From an uncultured Planctomycetales bacterium (GTDB lineage: Bacteria > Omnitrophota > Gorgyraeia > Zapsychrales > Zapsychraceae), in contig CAYGEE010000002.1 in NCBI GenBank assembly GCA_964348765.1, positions 1-48,515 of the forward strand: a stretch of 48,515 nt of DNA. The letters are read 5' to 3'. The notes beneath the pieces are model-generated. The model searched no databases. It was not told where the DNA came from and worked only from the letters and a program-made list of their open reading frames with translations. This document shows, piece after piece, positions 1 through 8,684 of this stretch. Numbering within the stretch: the first letter of the stretch is position 1; each line of letters begins with the position of its first letter. Made by a program: the position numbers and the translations under genes.

Positions 1-56
1 AAAGTGAATGGAAGTCGATACAATAATATTGCCTTGTAATTTTTGGGAATCTTCTT

Positions 57-1238
57 ATGAAAGAAAAGATCATAGTTCATGTTGATATGGATGCTTTTTT
101 TGCTGCGATCGAACAGCGAGATCATCCTCTGTTACGCGGCAAGCCGGTCATTGTGGGTGCGGATCCTCAGGGTGGGCGCGGGCGGGGCGTTGTGTCGACG
201 TGTTCTTATGAGGCGCGTAAATTTGGTGTTCATTCCGCTCAGCCGATCTCAAGGGCTTATCAACTTTGCCCGAAGGCCGTTTTTTTGCCTGTTGATTTTA
301 AGAAATATCACAAGGTCTCCAATGAGATCTTTGATATCCTTTATGATTTTACGCCGGAGATCGAGCCGATCAGTATTGATGAAGCATTCTTGGATCTAAC
401 GGGAAGTTATCATTTCTTTGAAACGCCGTATAAAGCGTGTCAAGAGATCAAGCGAAGGATAAAAGATGAGCTTATGTTGATAGCCTCTATCGGGATCGCG
501 CCTGTCAAAATGGTTGCGAAGATCGCCTCTGATCTAAAGAAACCCGACGGACTTGTCGAGGTTAAGGCCGAGAATATTCAAAGCTTCCTTAATCCATTAA
601 AGATCGAAAGACTTTGGGGTGTCGGTCCGAAAACTCAGAAAAATCTTAATGAGCTGGGAATCTATATTATTGCCGATATTTTAAAACTTTCTCTAGATGA
701 TTTGACAAGAATTTTTGGTAGTCACGGGAAAGAATTTTTTAATTTGGCTCGCGGTATTGATGATCGCGTTGTTGAAGCTAATGATCAAGTCCATTCCGTG
801 GGCAATGAATTCACTTTTGATCAGGACATTAATGATAGAGAGAAACTTCATGAAACACTTTTGTATTTAAGTGAGAAAGTATCTCGGCGTCTGCGTAAGG
901 CTAGCCTAAAAGGGAAAACACTCACGGTCAAGATCCGATTGAAAGGTTTTAAGACATTTACCCGCGCATATACCTTTGTCAAACGGGTGGATCTGATCGA
1001 TGATATCTATCCGCAGGCAAAAAGGTTGTTTGATGAGTTTCATAAAGCTGGTGATTATGTCCGTTTGATCGGTGTGCGTTTGTCTCATTTTGAAGATGAC
1101 TATGTTCAAGACGATCTTTTCACGTATCCTGCGACCCAAAAGTCTGAAAAGATACAAACGGCAATGGATAAGATAAAAGATAAGTTTGGGGAGGATAAGA
1201 TCCATCGCGGGGCCCGGGATACGCAAACATTTGCTTAA
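57..1238 (+). CDS. dinB: DNA polymerase IV (Y-family translesion polymerase)
   Basis: 393-aa ORF. The N-terminus 'IIVHVDMDAFFAAIEQRD..KPVIVG' and 'SIDEAFLDLTG' are canonical Y-family (DinB/UmuC) motifs. Confidence 0.93.
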   Translation: MKEKIIVHVDMDAFFAAIEQRDHPLLRGKPVIVGADPQGGRGRGVVSTCSYEARKFGVHSAQPISRAYQLCPKAVFLPVDFKKYHKVSNEIFDILYDFTPEIEPISIDEAFLDLTGSYHFFETPYKACQEIKRRIKDELMLIASIGIAPVKMVAKIASDLKKPDGLVEVKAENIQSFLNPLKIERLWGVGPKTQKNLNELGIYIIADILKLSLDDLTRIFGSHGKEFFNLARGIDDRVVEANDQVHSVGNEFTFDQDINDREKLHETLLYLSEKVSRRLRKASLKGKTLTVKIRLKGFKTFTRAYTFVKRVDLIDDIYPQAKRLFDEFHKAGDYVRLIGVRLSHFEDDYVQDDLFTYPATQKSEKIQTAMDKIKDKFGEDKIHRGARDTQTFA

Positions 1239-1304
1239 ATTGGGAATTGCGCTACAATAAGACTCTTAATTTAACCCAACAAAAATTCACCATAATGCAG
1301 GAGG

Positions 1305-1955
1305 ATGAAAGGTATGAACAGCAGAAAATTATTAGGTTTTTTAACGGGATCATTTACCGCGGTTTTGTTATTAAGCGGTTCAAATATTTTTGCGCAAACA
1401 GCTGATAATGCCGCGCCAGCAATAGCGACAACAGCTCCAGTGGCTGATGCTAAAAGTGAAATGATGGCAAAATTTCAGGAATATGCAACTCCGGGCGACA
1501 ATCAAAAGGTTTTGGATGCGTTTGCCGGAAGCTGGGATTATACCCTTAAGATGTGGATGAGTGCTCAAGCAACAGCTGAAGAATCAACAGGCAGTGATGA
1601 AGCAAAATGGATATTGGGCGGTCGTTTTTTACAACATACATCAACCGGAACGTCGATGGGTCAGCCGTTTGAAGGTATAGGAATGATCGGATTTGACAAT
1701 AAAAGAAAAGAATATCAATCCATTTGGATCGATAATATGAGTACGGGTATGATGACGGGTAAAGGGCGATTTGATCCAGAAACTAAGATCATTACTGAGT
1801 CCGGTGATTTTACGTGTCCATTAAAAGGTGCGTCAGTTTATCGAGCGGTGATCAGACTTTTGGGTCCGGATAATTATAGCTATGAGATGTATATGTTAGG
1901 TGATGATAGTAAGGAATTTAAGGCGATGGAGATTAATTATACAAGAAAGAAATAA
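1305..1955 (+). CDS. Secreted DUF1579-like protein
   Basis: 216-aa ORF with a signal-peptide-like N-terminus (LLGFLTGSFTAVLLLSGSNIFAQ). 'GSWDYTLKMW..WILGGRFLQH' resembles DUF1579. AGGAGG at 1299-1304 abuts the ATG at 1305, so the ATG at 1314 (9-nt spacing) may be the real start. Confidence 0.6.
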   Translation: MKGMNSRKLLGFLTGSFTAVLLLSGSNIFAQTADNAAPAIATTAPVADAKSEMMAKFQEYATPGDNQKVLDAFAGSWDYTLKMWMSAQATAEESTGSDEAKWILGGRFLQHTSTGTSMGQPFEGIGMIGFDNKRKEYQSIWIDNMSTGMMTGKGRFDPETKIITESGDFTCPLKGASVYRAVIRLLGPDNYSYEMYMLGDDSKEFKAMEINYTRKK

Positions 1956-1964
1956 AATTGGATT

Positions 1965-1993
1965 GTAGGGGCAGAACAATGTTCTGCCCCTAC
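1965..1993 (+). terminator. Stem-loop after the DUF1579 gene (GTAGGGGCAGAAC-aat-GTTCTGCCCCTAC)
   Basis: Perfect 13-bp GC-rich stem with a 3-nt loop, 9 nt after the stop codon. No U-tract follows. Confidence 0.55.
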
Positions 1994-2009
1994 ATGATCA
2001 AGAAATATT

Positions 2010-3191
2010 ATGATTTACATTCTTGTTTTACTAGCGATCATTAACATTGGCCTTCTTATCATGCTTTTTTTAAAGCAGAATCTTCTCACACAAGACCGCG
2101 AGAAACTTGAGCGGCTTATAAGAGAAGAGATGAGAGGAAACCGTGAGGAATGGCTTAAGACCAATACGGTGCTGACGAATTCTTTGGAGCAACGGCTTGA
2201 GAAGGTCCGTGATGTCGTTGATAAAAGTTTGCAGAATATTCAGGATGATAATAATAAGAAATTGGAGCAAATGCGCGAGACCGTGGATGAGAAGCTTCAT
2301 TCAACTCTTGAAAAACGGCTTGGTGAATCCTTTCAATTGGTCAGCGATCGGCTTGAAAAAGTCCATCAAGGCTTGGGCGAGATGCAGACTTTAGCTTCCG
2401 GCGTTGGGGATCTAAAAAAAGTTTTAACGAATGTCAAAACCCGCGGTGGATGGGGAGAGATCCAGCTGAAAAATATTTTGGAACAGATTTTAACTTCCGA
2501 ACAGTATGATCTTAATGTTATAACAAAAAAAGGAAGCCGGGAGACGGTCGAGGTTGCGATCAAACTTCCAGGAAGAGATAGTCATGTTGTTTATCTTCCT
2601 ATTGATGCAAAATTTCCCAAGGAAGATTATGAACGGCTTTTAAAGGCTCAGGATGAATCAAATCTTGAGATGATCGCGGAATCGACGAAAGCTTTGGAAA
2701 ATCGGATCAAATTGGAGGCCAGAAAGATCAAAGAAAAATATCTCGATCCGCCGTTTACAACAGATTTTGCGATCCTTTTTCTGCCGATCGAAGGGCTTTT
2801 TGCGGAAGTGTTACGTCAGCCGGGATTGTCCGATATCCTTCAGCGTGATTTTCGGGTCATTGTTTCCGGTCCGACTACGTTTGCGGCACTTTTAAATAGT
2901 TTGCAAATGGGTTTTCGAACGTTGGCAGTTGAAAAACGTGCCAGTGAGGTCTGGAATTTATTAAGTGTAGTGAAAAATGAGTTTGGCAAATTTGGTGATA
3001 TTTTGCAAAAGACGCATGAGAAGTTAAAGCAGGCGAGTGACCAGATCGACGATGCCGCGAAAAAGTCACGGACGATCGAGCAGAAATTAAAGAATGTTCA
3101 ATCTTTGCCCTCAGCAAATGATGAGAATATTCTAAAATATAAAAATGAGGATGTGCCGCATGAGTCAATCGACAGCAATGTCAGTGTTTAA
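2010..3191 (+). CDS. rmuC: DNA recombination protein RmuC
   Basis: 393-aa ORF with an N-terminal TM helix, a long coiled-coil region and 'RGGWGEIQLKNILEQIL..YLPIDAKFP', typical of RmuC. Confidence 0.85.
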   Translation: MIYILVLLAIINIGLLIMLFLKQNLLTQDREKLERLIREEMRGNREEWLKTNTVLTNSLEQRLEKVRDVVDKSLQNIQDDNNKKLEQMRETVDEKLHSTLEKRLGESFQLVSDRLEKVHQGLGEMQTLASGVGDLKKVLTNVKTRGGWGEIQLKNILEQILTSEQYDLNVITKKGSRETVEVAIKLPGRDSHVVYLPIDAKFPKEDYERLLKAQDESNLEMIAESTKALENRIKLEARKIKEKYLDPPFTTDFAILFLPIEGLFAEVLRQPGLSDILQRDFRVIVSGPTTFAALLNSLQMGFRTLAVEKRASEVWNLLSVVKNEFGKFGDILQKTHEKLKQASDQIDDAAKKSRTIEQKLKNVQSLPSANDENILKYKNEDVPHESIDSNVSV

Positions 3192-3879
3192 GGATTTTTT
3201 CCCGCCGGAGATCATTACTTTTGTGAGTGATCGAAGCGTTGATTTTGTTCTTAAGGATGATCAAACGGATCTGACGCGTCCGCAAAAGAAGTTTTTTTCA
3301 AAAAATACCGGATTAACATTGTCATCGATCGTTAATGTCCGCCAAGTTCACGGCAACAATGTTATCGTTGTGAAAGCCCGTCCGCGCATTAAAGAACTTC
3401 TAGAGAATGCCGACGGCATAATTACCAATGTTCCTAATTTGCCGATCGCGATCCGCACGGCTGATTGCCTGCCGATCTTTTTATGTGACCCCAAAAATCA
3501 GGTGATCGGAGTTGTTCATGCGGGTTGGCGCGGGATCAAAAAGGGTATTATTGCTCAAGCGTTAAAGGCGATGAAAAAAGATTTTCATTCCCGTTATCAG
3601 GATGTTCGTGTTGCCATCGGTCCGGCGATAAAATCGTGTTGCTATCGTGTTGGGGCAGAGTTTAATAGTCATTTTCCTGAGGAAACTTTAAAAAAAGATA
3701 AGGGATACTATCTGGATCTTGTGGCTGTTGCTAGAAAACAGCTTTTTGACCTCGGGGTTTTTCCTAGGAATGTTTATGACAGCACGATTTGCACCTCCTG
3801 CGATAAAGATTATTTTTCCTATCGCCGGGAAGGCGACGCCGCCGGCCGGATGATCTCTTTAATGATGATACGGCCTTAA
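3145..3879 (+). CDS. pgeF: Peptidoglycan editing factor PgeF / YfiH (DUF152 laccase-domain protein)
   Basis: 'RTADCLPIFL..VHAGWRG..CCYRVG..CTSCD..FSYRR' are YfiH-family motifs. The start is uncertain: the in-frame ATG at 3178 would cut the overlap with rmuC to 14 nt. Confidence 0.85.
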   Translation: MRMCRMSQSTAMSVFKDFFPPEIITFVSDRSVDFVLKDDQTDLTRPQKKFFSKNTGLTLSSIVNVRQVHGNNVIVVKARPRIKELLENADGIITNVPNLPIAIRTADCLPIFLCDPKNQVIGVVHAGWRGIKKGIIAQALKAMKKDFHSRYQDVRVAIGPAIKSCCYRVGAEFNSHFPEETLKKDKGYYLDLVAVARKQLFDLGVFPRNVYDSTICTSCDKDYFSYRREGDAAGRMISLMMIRP

Positions 3880-3895
3880 AATAAGAGGTAAAGCG

Positions 3896-4216
3896 ATGTA
3901 TATTGTTATTTACACAACCGCAAAAGATAAGGATGAGGGAAAAGAGATCGCTCAGAAGCTTCTTGGTGAGAAACTTGTCGCGTGCGTCAATATTTTACCC
4001 GCAATTGAATCTTTTTATTGGTGGCAGGATAAGATTGAGAGTTCGCAGGAGGTTTTGCTGGTTATTAAATCGAAGAAGGGCTTATTTAAGAAAATTGTTA
4101 AAACGATTCAATCCGTCCATAGTTACGATGTTCCGGAGATTATCGCGCTTCCCATTATCGATGGAAGCAAAAATTATTTGAAATGGCTGAGTGATTCGGT
4201 AAAAGGCAAGAAATGA
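3896..4216 (+). CDS. cutA: Divalent-cation tolerance protein CutA
   Basis: 106 aa. 'KLVACVNILPAIESFYWWQDKIE..EVLLVIKS..YDVPEIIALPI' is the CutA1 signature. Confidence 0.9.
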   Translation: MYIVIYTTAKDKDEGKEIAQKLLGEKLVACVNILPAIESFYWWQDKIESSQEVLLVIKSKKGLFKKIVKTIQSVHSYDVPEIIALPIIDGSKNYLKWLSDSVKGKK

Positions 4217-4734
4217 GAACATTGCGAAAAAATCTTTTTTGGAAAATATTTTTGATCAGTTTGATGCTGGTTTTGATGTTCAATCAGCGTCAGGCCGTGG
4301 GTCAATTTTTCATTCCCGACAATCCGCTTGTGCACAAGGTCATTCCCGAATTTAGTTTGTTAACAACATCAGGGAAGAAAAAGAGCCTTTCTGAAGTGCG
4401 TGATGGAAAAAGTGCCGTTGTCTTTTTCTGGGCGACGTGGTGTCCGCATTGTCAGGATGAACTTAAAGGGTTGGTTCGACAGAAAGAGAATATTGAGAAA
4501 CAAGGGATCAAAATTGTTTTGATCGATCTGGGAGAGTCCGCTGATCTGGTTAAGTCGTATTTAAAAGAGAACAATATTGATTTTGAGTCTTTTTTGGATG
4601 AAGATACTAGTCTTGCGGAGAAATTCCACGTTTCTGGAGTTCCGACACTCTTTTTTGTCACTCAAGGAGGTTTTGTCAGCGGCGTTAAACATTCTTTGCC
4701 GGATGACTACGCCAGGATTTTATCTTTAAAATAA
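4213..4734 (+). CDS. TlpA/ResA-like periplasmic thiol:disulfide oxidoreductase (thioredoxin fold)
   Basis: 173 aa with an N-terminal TM/signal segment and the 'FWATWCPHCQ' CxxC active site. An ATGA start/stop overlap joins it to cutA. Confidence 0.85.
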   Translation: MRTLRKNLFWKIFLISLMLVLMFNQRQAVGQFFIPDNPLVHKVIPEFSLLTTSGKKKSLSEVRDGKSAVVFFWATWCPHCQDELKGLVRQKENIEKQGIKIVLIDLGESADLVKSYLKENNIDFESFLDEDTSLAEKFHVSGVPTLFFVTQGGFVSGVKHSLPDDYARILSLK

Positions 4735-4796
4735 AGTAGGGACAGACACGACTTTTCGCGAAAATCGCCGAGAAGTCGTGTCTGTCCCTACTTTAT
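4731..4796. terminator. Bidirectional hairpin between the convergent tlpA-like gene and ppiD
   Basis: GTAGGGACAGACACGACTT (4736-4754) pairs perfectly with AAGTCGTGTCTGTCCCTAC (4773-4791). A/T pairs extend the stem to 4731/4796, so both stop codons (TAA 4732-4734; TTA 4793-4795 = TAA on the - strand) lie inside it. Confidence 0.8.
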
Positions 4797-6325
4797 TTCT
4801 GCTTTTTCTGTAATTCGGAAATATTGTCGATGACCTGAGCCTTGGCGCGTAATTGCGTTAGAAAATCAGTGAAAGCTTGGGTTTTGCGGTCATTGAGGAT
4901 CTTTTCAGAAAAAGATGTTTTGTCTTTTGCGAATTGGTCCATGTCGATAGTGCTTGTTGAATCAAAGTGCAGGATACAGAACCCTTTTTCTGTTTCTACG
5001 ACTTTACTTAACGGATCTTTTTCCGACAGATTAAAAGCCGCATCAATGAATTCTTTGGATAATCCGACCTTGGGCAAATATTGACCTTTTGAAAAAAGAG
5101 GTGTTTGTTCAATATCAAGCCCTATCTTTTTGACAATAGCTGGAAAATCTTTTGTGGATGATCGTGTGAATTCTTCTGTGATCGTTTTTAAGTATTCTTC
5201 GCTTTTTTGTTTGGCGATGTCCTTTGAAAGGCTTTCGCTGAGAGCATTTGTGACTTTACTTTTTATCTCATCAAATTTTGGGATATAGGAGTCTCGTTTG
5301 TTTTTGACTTTAGCAATAACAAATCCTGCGGCTGTTTCTTGTGGCTCTAAAACATGGTCGGGAGTCGATTCAAAAAGTTTGCTAAGAAGCGGAAGAGGCC
5401 ATCCGAGATTTATGTTTGGCTGTTCGATGCTGAAATAATCTGTTGTTTTTACTTTGAGTTTGTATTTTGATGCAACCTCTGCGAGGTTGGTGTTTTTTTG
5501 GAGGTCCTGATAAATTGAGAGAGCATTGTTATGGATTACTTCTTTGTCAATATCTGAGATCTTTGGTTGAGGGGAAGGAGATTTTGGATCCTTTGTCGGG
5601 ATCGGAGCAGGAAGAGGCGGGAATTCTAAAGTTAAATATTCGACATTGATCGCCGGCGGCATAAGAAAATCGAGCCGATGGTCGTTAAAGTATTTTTCAA
5701 CATCTGCATCTGTATATTTTGCATCTGCTGCGAATTTATTGTTTTGGATATAAGCGTAGCTGACTTGGACTTTTTCATTGATCTCTTTGTATGCGTTTAG
5801 GATCTCTTCATCTGTTGTTTTGATGTTTTTTGTTTCATCTTCAAAGAGTTGTTTGAATTTTAGCGTATCGCGCGTACTTTCCTCGAAATCGCGGGCTTGG
5901 ATCTTAAAGACATACTCTAAAATGTTCTTGTAAAGTTTGTCATCGAATTGATTGTCGCGTTGAAAGAAGGGATATGCGGCGATAGTCTTTATGACTTCGC
6001 TATCATTGACCTGGATCTTTCTTTTATTAGCTTCTTGCAGCAAAATGAGTCTGTCCCATGTTTCGGCGTTAAGGTTTAAAAACGATTTTATCTTACTGTA
6101 ATTGTCGCCATAACGCATGATCGCCTGGACGTTGACGTTTTGATAAGCTTTGTCGAAGGTTTCCATCGAGACATTGCGACCGAACATTTTACCGGCCGGA
6201 GGAATATGTTTTTGATTGGTAAAAAGATATGATGTCCCGAAAATTCCGAACGATGGAATGATAATGGCGGCGATGCCCCAAAGGATCTTTTTTGAGACGC
6301 CTTTTTTACGCAAAGTTTTTAACAT
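4793..6325 (-). CDS. ppiD: Periplasmic chaperone PpiD-like (SurA N-terminal/PPIase-domain family)
   Basis: 510 aa. 'MLKTLRKKGVSKKILWGIAAIIIPSFGIFG' is the typical PpiD N-terminal anchor. Length and composition fit a long periplasmic chaperone. Confidence 0.75.
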   Translation of the reverse strand: MLKTLRKKGVSKKILWGIAAIIIPSFGIFGTSYLFTNQKHIPPAGKMFGRNVSMETFDKAYQNVNVQAIMRYGDNYSKIKSFLNLNAETWDRLILLQEANKRKIQVNDSEVIKTIAAYPFFQRDNQFDDKLYKNILEYVFKIQARDFEESTRDTLKFKQLFEDETKNIKTTDEEILNAYKEINEKVQVSYAYIQNNKFAADAKYTDADVEKYFNDHRLDFLMPPAINVEYLTLEFPPLPAPIPTKDPKSPSPQPKISDIDKEVIHNNALSIYQDLQKNTNLAEVASKYKLKVKTTDYFSIEQPNINLGWPLPLLSKLFESTPDHVLEPQETAAGFVIAKVKNKRDSYIPKFDEIKSKVTNALSESLSKDIAKQKSEEYLKTITEEFTRSSTKDFPAIVKKIGLDIEQTPLFSKGQYLPKVGLSKEFIDAAFNLSEKDPLSKVVETEKGFCILHFDSTSTIDMDQFAKDKTSFSEKILNDRKTQAFTDFLTQLRAKAQVIDNISELQKKQK

Positions 6326-6391
6326 GTTTTCCTTTCAATGGATCAAGTTATCCTGCGAGTGTGCAAAATACAGGTTAAATAAATATTACGG

Positions 6392-6420
6392 ATTATAACT
6401 TCAGCTATTCGCTTTGACAA
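6392..6420 (-). promoter_or_regulatory. Putative sigma70-type promoter for ppiD (TTGTCA-17-TATAAT on the - strand)
   Basis: On the - strand the -35 TTGTCA sits at 6415-6420, followed by a 17-nt spacer and the -10 TATAAT at 6392-6397, about 65 nt upstream of the ppiD ATG. Confidence 0.4.
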
Positions 6421-6502
6421 GGATTTTTCCTTTCTAAAATTATCGTTTGTCCCTTGTCGGGTGAGAAAATCCGTAATATACTTTCCCGAGATGTTAAATA
6501 TC

Positions 6503-6531
6503 TTTACAAGCACAAAAAGGGAAGATATAAT
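6503..6531 (+). promoter_or_regulatory. Putative sigma70-type promoter for hisG (TTTACA-17-TATAAT)
   Basis: TTTACA at 6503-6508, an exact 17-nt spacer, and TATAAT at 6526-6531, 48 nt upstream of the hisG ATG. Confidence 0.55.
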
Positions 6532-6578
6532 AACCCGTTTTGAAAAGTAAAATTTAATTTTAAGGATGAAAGTGTAAT

Positions 6579-7454
6579 ATGGCTAAATTACGTTTGGGTG
6601 TTCCAAAAGGAAGTCTTCAAGAAGCAACTTTCAAGGTTTTTGAAAAAGCTGGTTTTAAGATCGTTGCCTCCGGCCGGTCTTATTTCCCGTCTATAGATGA
6701 TGTTGAGATCGAACCTGTTCTTTTAAGAGCACAGGAAATGTCGCGTTATGTTCAGGATGGATTTTTAGATTGCGGGATCACGGGAGCTGATTGGATATTG
6801 GAGAATGGTTCGGATGTTGTTTCTATCGAAGAACTTGTTTACGCAAAGCAGACAGCAACGAAAGTCCGATGGGTTTTGGCTGTGCCTGAGAAATCAGCGA
6901 TCCATTCAGCGAAAGACCTTCAGGGCAAAAGAATTGCGACGGAATTGGTCAATGTTACTAAGAATTATTTAAAGGCTCATAAAGTCACGGCTGATGTTGA
7001 GTTCAGCTGGGGCGCGACAGAGGCGAAAGTTGCTGACGGGCTTGTGGATGCGGTAGTTGAATTGACTGAAACAGGAAGCAGTTTACGGGCTCATAAGCTT
7101 CGGATCGTCACAACTGTATGTGAGTCGACAACACAATTTATTGCCAATAAAAAAGCTGTGAAGGACCCTTGGAAAAAAGCTAAGATGGATCAGATCTGTA
7201 TGCTTTTAAAGGGCGCCATTACTGCCAATAATATGGTTGGCCTTAAGATGAACGTTGAGAAGAAGAATTTTAAGAAGGTTTTGGACTTGCTGCCGTCCTT
7301 AAAAGATCCGACGGTATCAAATCTTAATCGCGCGAATTGGTTTGCTGTTGAGATCGTTATTGATGAGGGAACTGTTCGGACGCTCATTCCAAAATTGAAG
7401 AATGTTGGAGCTCAAGGGATCATTGAGTATCCGTTGAATAAGTTGATCTACTAA
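6579..7454 (+). CDS. hisG: ATP phosphoribosyltransferase, long form
   Basis: 291 aa. '[19 protein letters not shown]' and '[14 protein letters not shown]' are HisG motifs, and the C-terminal regulatory domain is present. Confidence 0.9.
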   Translation: MAKLRLGVPKGSLQEATFKVFEKAGFKIVASGRSYFPSIDDVEIEPVLLRAQEMSRYVQDGFLDCGITGADWILENGSDVVSIEELVYAKQTATKVRWVLAVPEKSAIHSAKDLQGKRIATELVNVTKNYLKAHKVTADVEFSWGATEAKVADGLVDAVVELTETGSSLRAHKLRIVTTVCESTTQFIANKKAVKDPWKKAKMDQICMLLKGAITANNMVGLKMNVEKKNFKKVLDLLPSLKDPTVSNLNRANWFAVEIVIDEGTVRTLIPKLKNVGAQGIIEYPLNKLIY

Positions 7455-7475
7455 TCAAAAAAGGACAAACGTGTT

Positions 7476-7577
7476 ATGCCGTGCGGAAGAAAAAGAAAAT
7501 TACGTAAGATCAGAACACACAAAAGAAAAAAATTACGCAAATCCCTTCGTCATTTAAAGAAGCGCGATAGCAAGTAA
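7476..7577 (+). CDS. 33-aa ultra-basic small protein (bS22 / AURKAIP1-COX24-like candidate)
   Basis: Own translation of ATG 7476 to TAA 7575-7577 gives MPCGRKRKLRKIRTHKRKKLRKSLRHLKKRDSK. AAGGA lies 10 nt upstream and a hairpin follows directly. It is below the ORF-track length cutoff. Confidence 0.6.
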   Translation: MPCGRKRKLRKIRTHKRKKLRKSLRHLKKRDSK

Positions 7578-7580
7578 TTG

Positions 7581-7616
7581 AATTCTCGGGTGTCTGGATT
7601 TTCACACCCGAGAATT
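7581..7616 (+). terminator. Stem-loop after the small basic ORF
   Basis: AATTCTCGGGTGT (7581-7593) pairs with ACACCCGAGAATT (7604-7616): a 13-bp perfect stem with a 10-nt loop, followed by TGTCCC (weak U-tract). Confidence 0.6.
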
Positions 7617-7665
7617 TGTCCCAAAGCCCGTCGGGTAAGGGAATTTTTTATCTTAGAGGTGGTCT

Positions 7666-8664
7666 ATGACTCTATCCAAACATAAGAAAAACTTTGCCCT
7701 TGTGGCTGTTTTTTTTATCGTTTTAAATTTCGCCTCACATGCCCAGGCCTTTGTTTTTGAGGATAAGGTTTCTACTTCAAAGGCTTTAGCTCACTACATG
7801 ATGGGGCAGATCTATGACATGTTGGGACTGATCAATAAGTCTGTGATCGAATATGAGGCTTCTCTTCAATATGATGAATCCAGTTATCAGACGCATTTAA
7901 GGCTTGGTGCAGATTATGCGCGGCTTAATATGCTGGAGGATTCTCTCAAACAGTTAAAGATTACCCAGAAGTATAATTCCGAAGATCTACAAGCTCACTA
8001 TTTGCTTGCTTTGATTTATTCCACTCAGAAAGATTATGATAATGCTGCTGTTGAATATGAATTGATCTTGAAGAAATTTGCGGAAACAGAACCTCAAAAT
8101 ATCGAGATTTACGGTTATTTGGGCCAGCTTTATTATTCTCAAAAGAAATTTGATCAAGCGATCTCTCAGTTTGAGAGGATCTTGGAACTTGAGCCGAAGA
8201 ATTCAGAAGTGCTGTATCTTTTGGGTTCTTTGTACTTGGATGTTAAGAAAACGGACAAGGCTATTGAATCTTTGAAAAGATCGATCGAGATCGATCCAGA
8301 TAACGATGGAAGCCTTAATACTCTTGGGTACGTTTATGCCGACAAAGGGGAAAAACTTGATGAAGCAGAGAGCCTGATCAAACAGGCTTTGAAGATCAAC
8401 CCGGACAATGGTGCGTATCTTGACAGTTTAGGTTGGGTCTATTTTAAGAAAGCTAAGTATAGGGAAGCTCTTGAATATTTTGAGAAAGCAGATGCTAAGT
8501 TTAAAGATCCGGTGATCTATGATCATCTAGGAGATGTTTATTTGAAACTTGGGCAGAATGCGGATGCAGTGAAGTATTGGCAGATGTCCCTTGATTTGCA
8601 GCCGGGACAGGTGTCGATCCAGGATAAGATCAATCATATTAAAAATTCTCAGGCTAGCAAGTAA
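7666..8664 (+). CDS. Secreted tetratricopeptide (TPR) repeat protein
   Basis: 332 aa with a signal-like N-terminus. It carries repeated ~34-aa units with the TPR consensus (..A..YL..G..Y...K.Y..A...FE.AL.L.P.N..). Confidence 0.8.
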   Translation: MTLSKHKKNFALVAVFFIVLNFASHAQAFVFEDKVSTSKALAHYMMGQIYDMLGLINKSVIEYEASLQYDESSYQTHLRLGADYARLNMLEDSLKQLKITQKYNSEDLQAHYLLALIYSTQKDYDNAAVEYELILKKFAETEPQNIEIYGYLGQLYYSQKKFDQAISQFERILELEPKNSEVLYLLGSLYLDVKKTDKAIESLKRSIEIDPDNDGSLNTLGYVYADKGEKLDEAESLIKQALKINPDNGAYLDSLGWVYFKKAKYREALEYFEKADAKFKDPVIYDHLGDVYLKLGQNADAVKYWQMSLDLQPGQVSIQDKINHIKNSQASK

Positions 8665-8684
8665 GCTTTTGGTTTCTGCCATTG

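Noticed and set aside
21-31. Palindrome CAATA-A-TATTG upstream of dinB as a possible SOS (LexA) box
   Set aside because: It matches neither the CTGT-N8-ACAG nor the GAAC-N4-GTTC consensus. It is short and AT-only, so easily arises by chance in AT-rich DNA.
6326-6578. His leader peptide, T-box or riboswitch upstream of hisG
   Set aside because: There is no run of His codons in a small ORF and no T-box-like conserved sequence. The best promoter (6503-6531) leaves only a ~40-nt leader. The inverted repeats lie upstream of that promoter.
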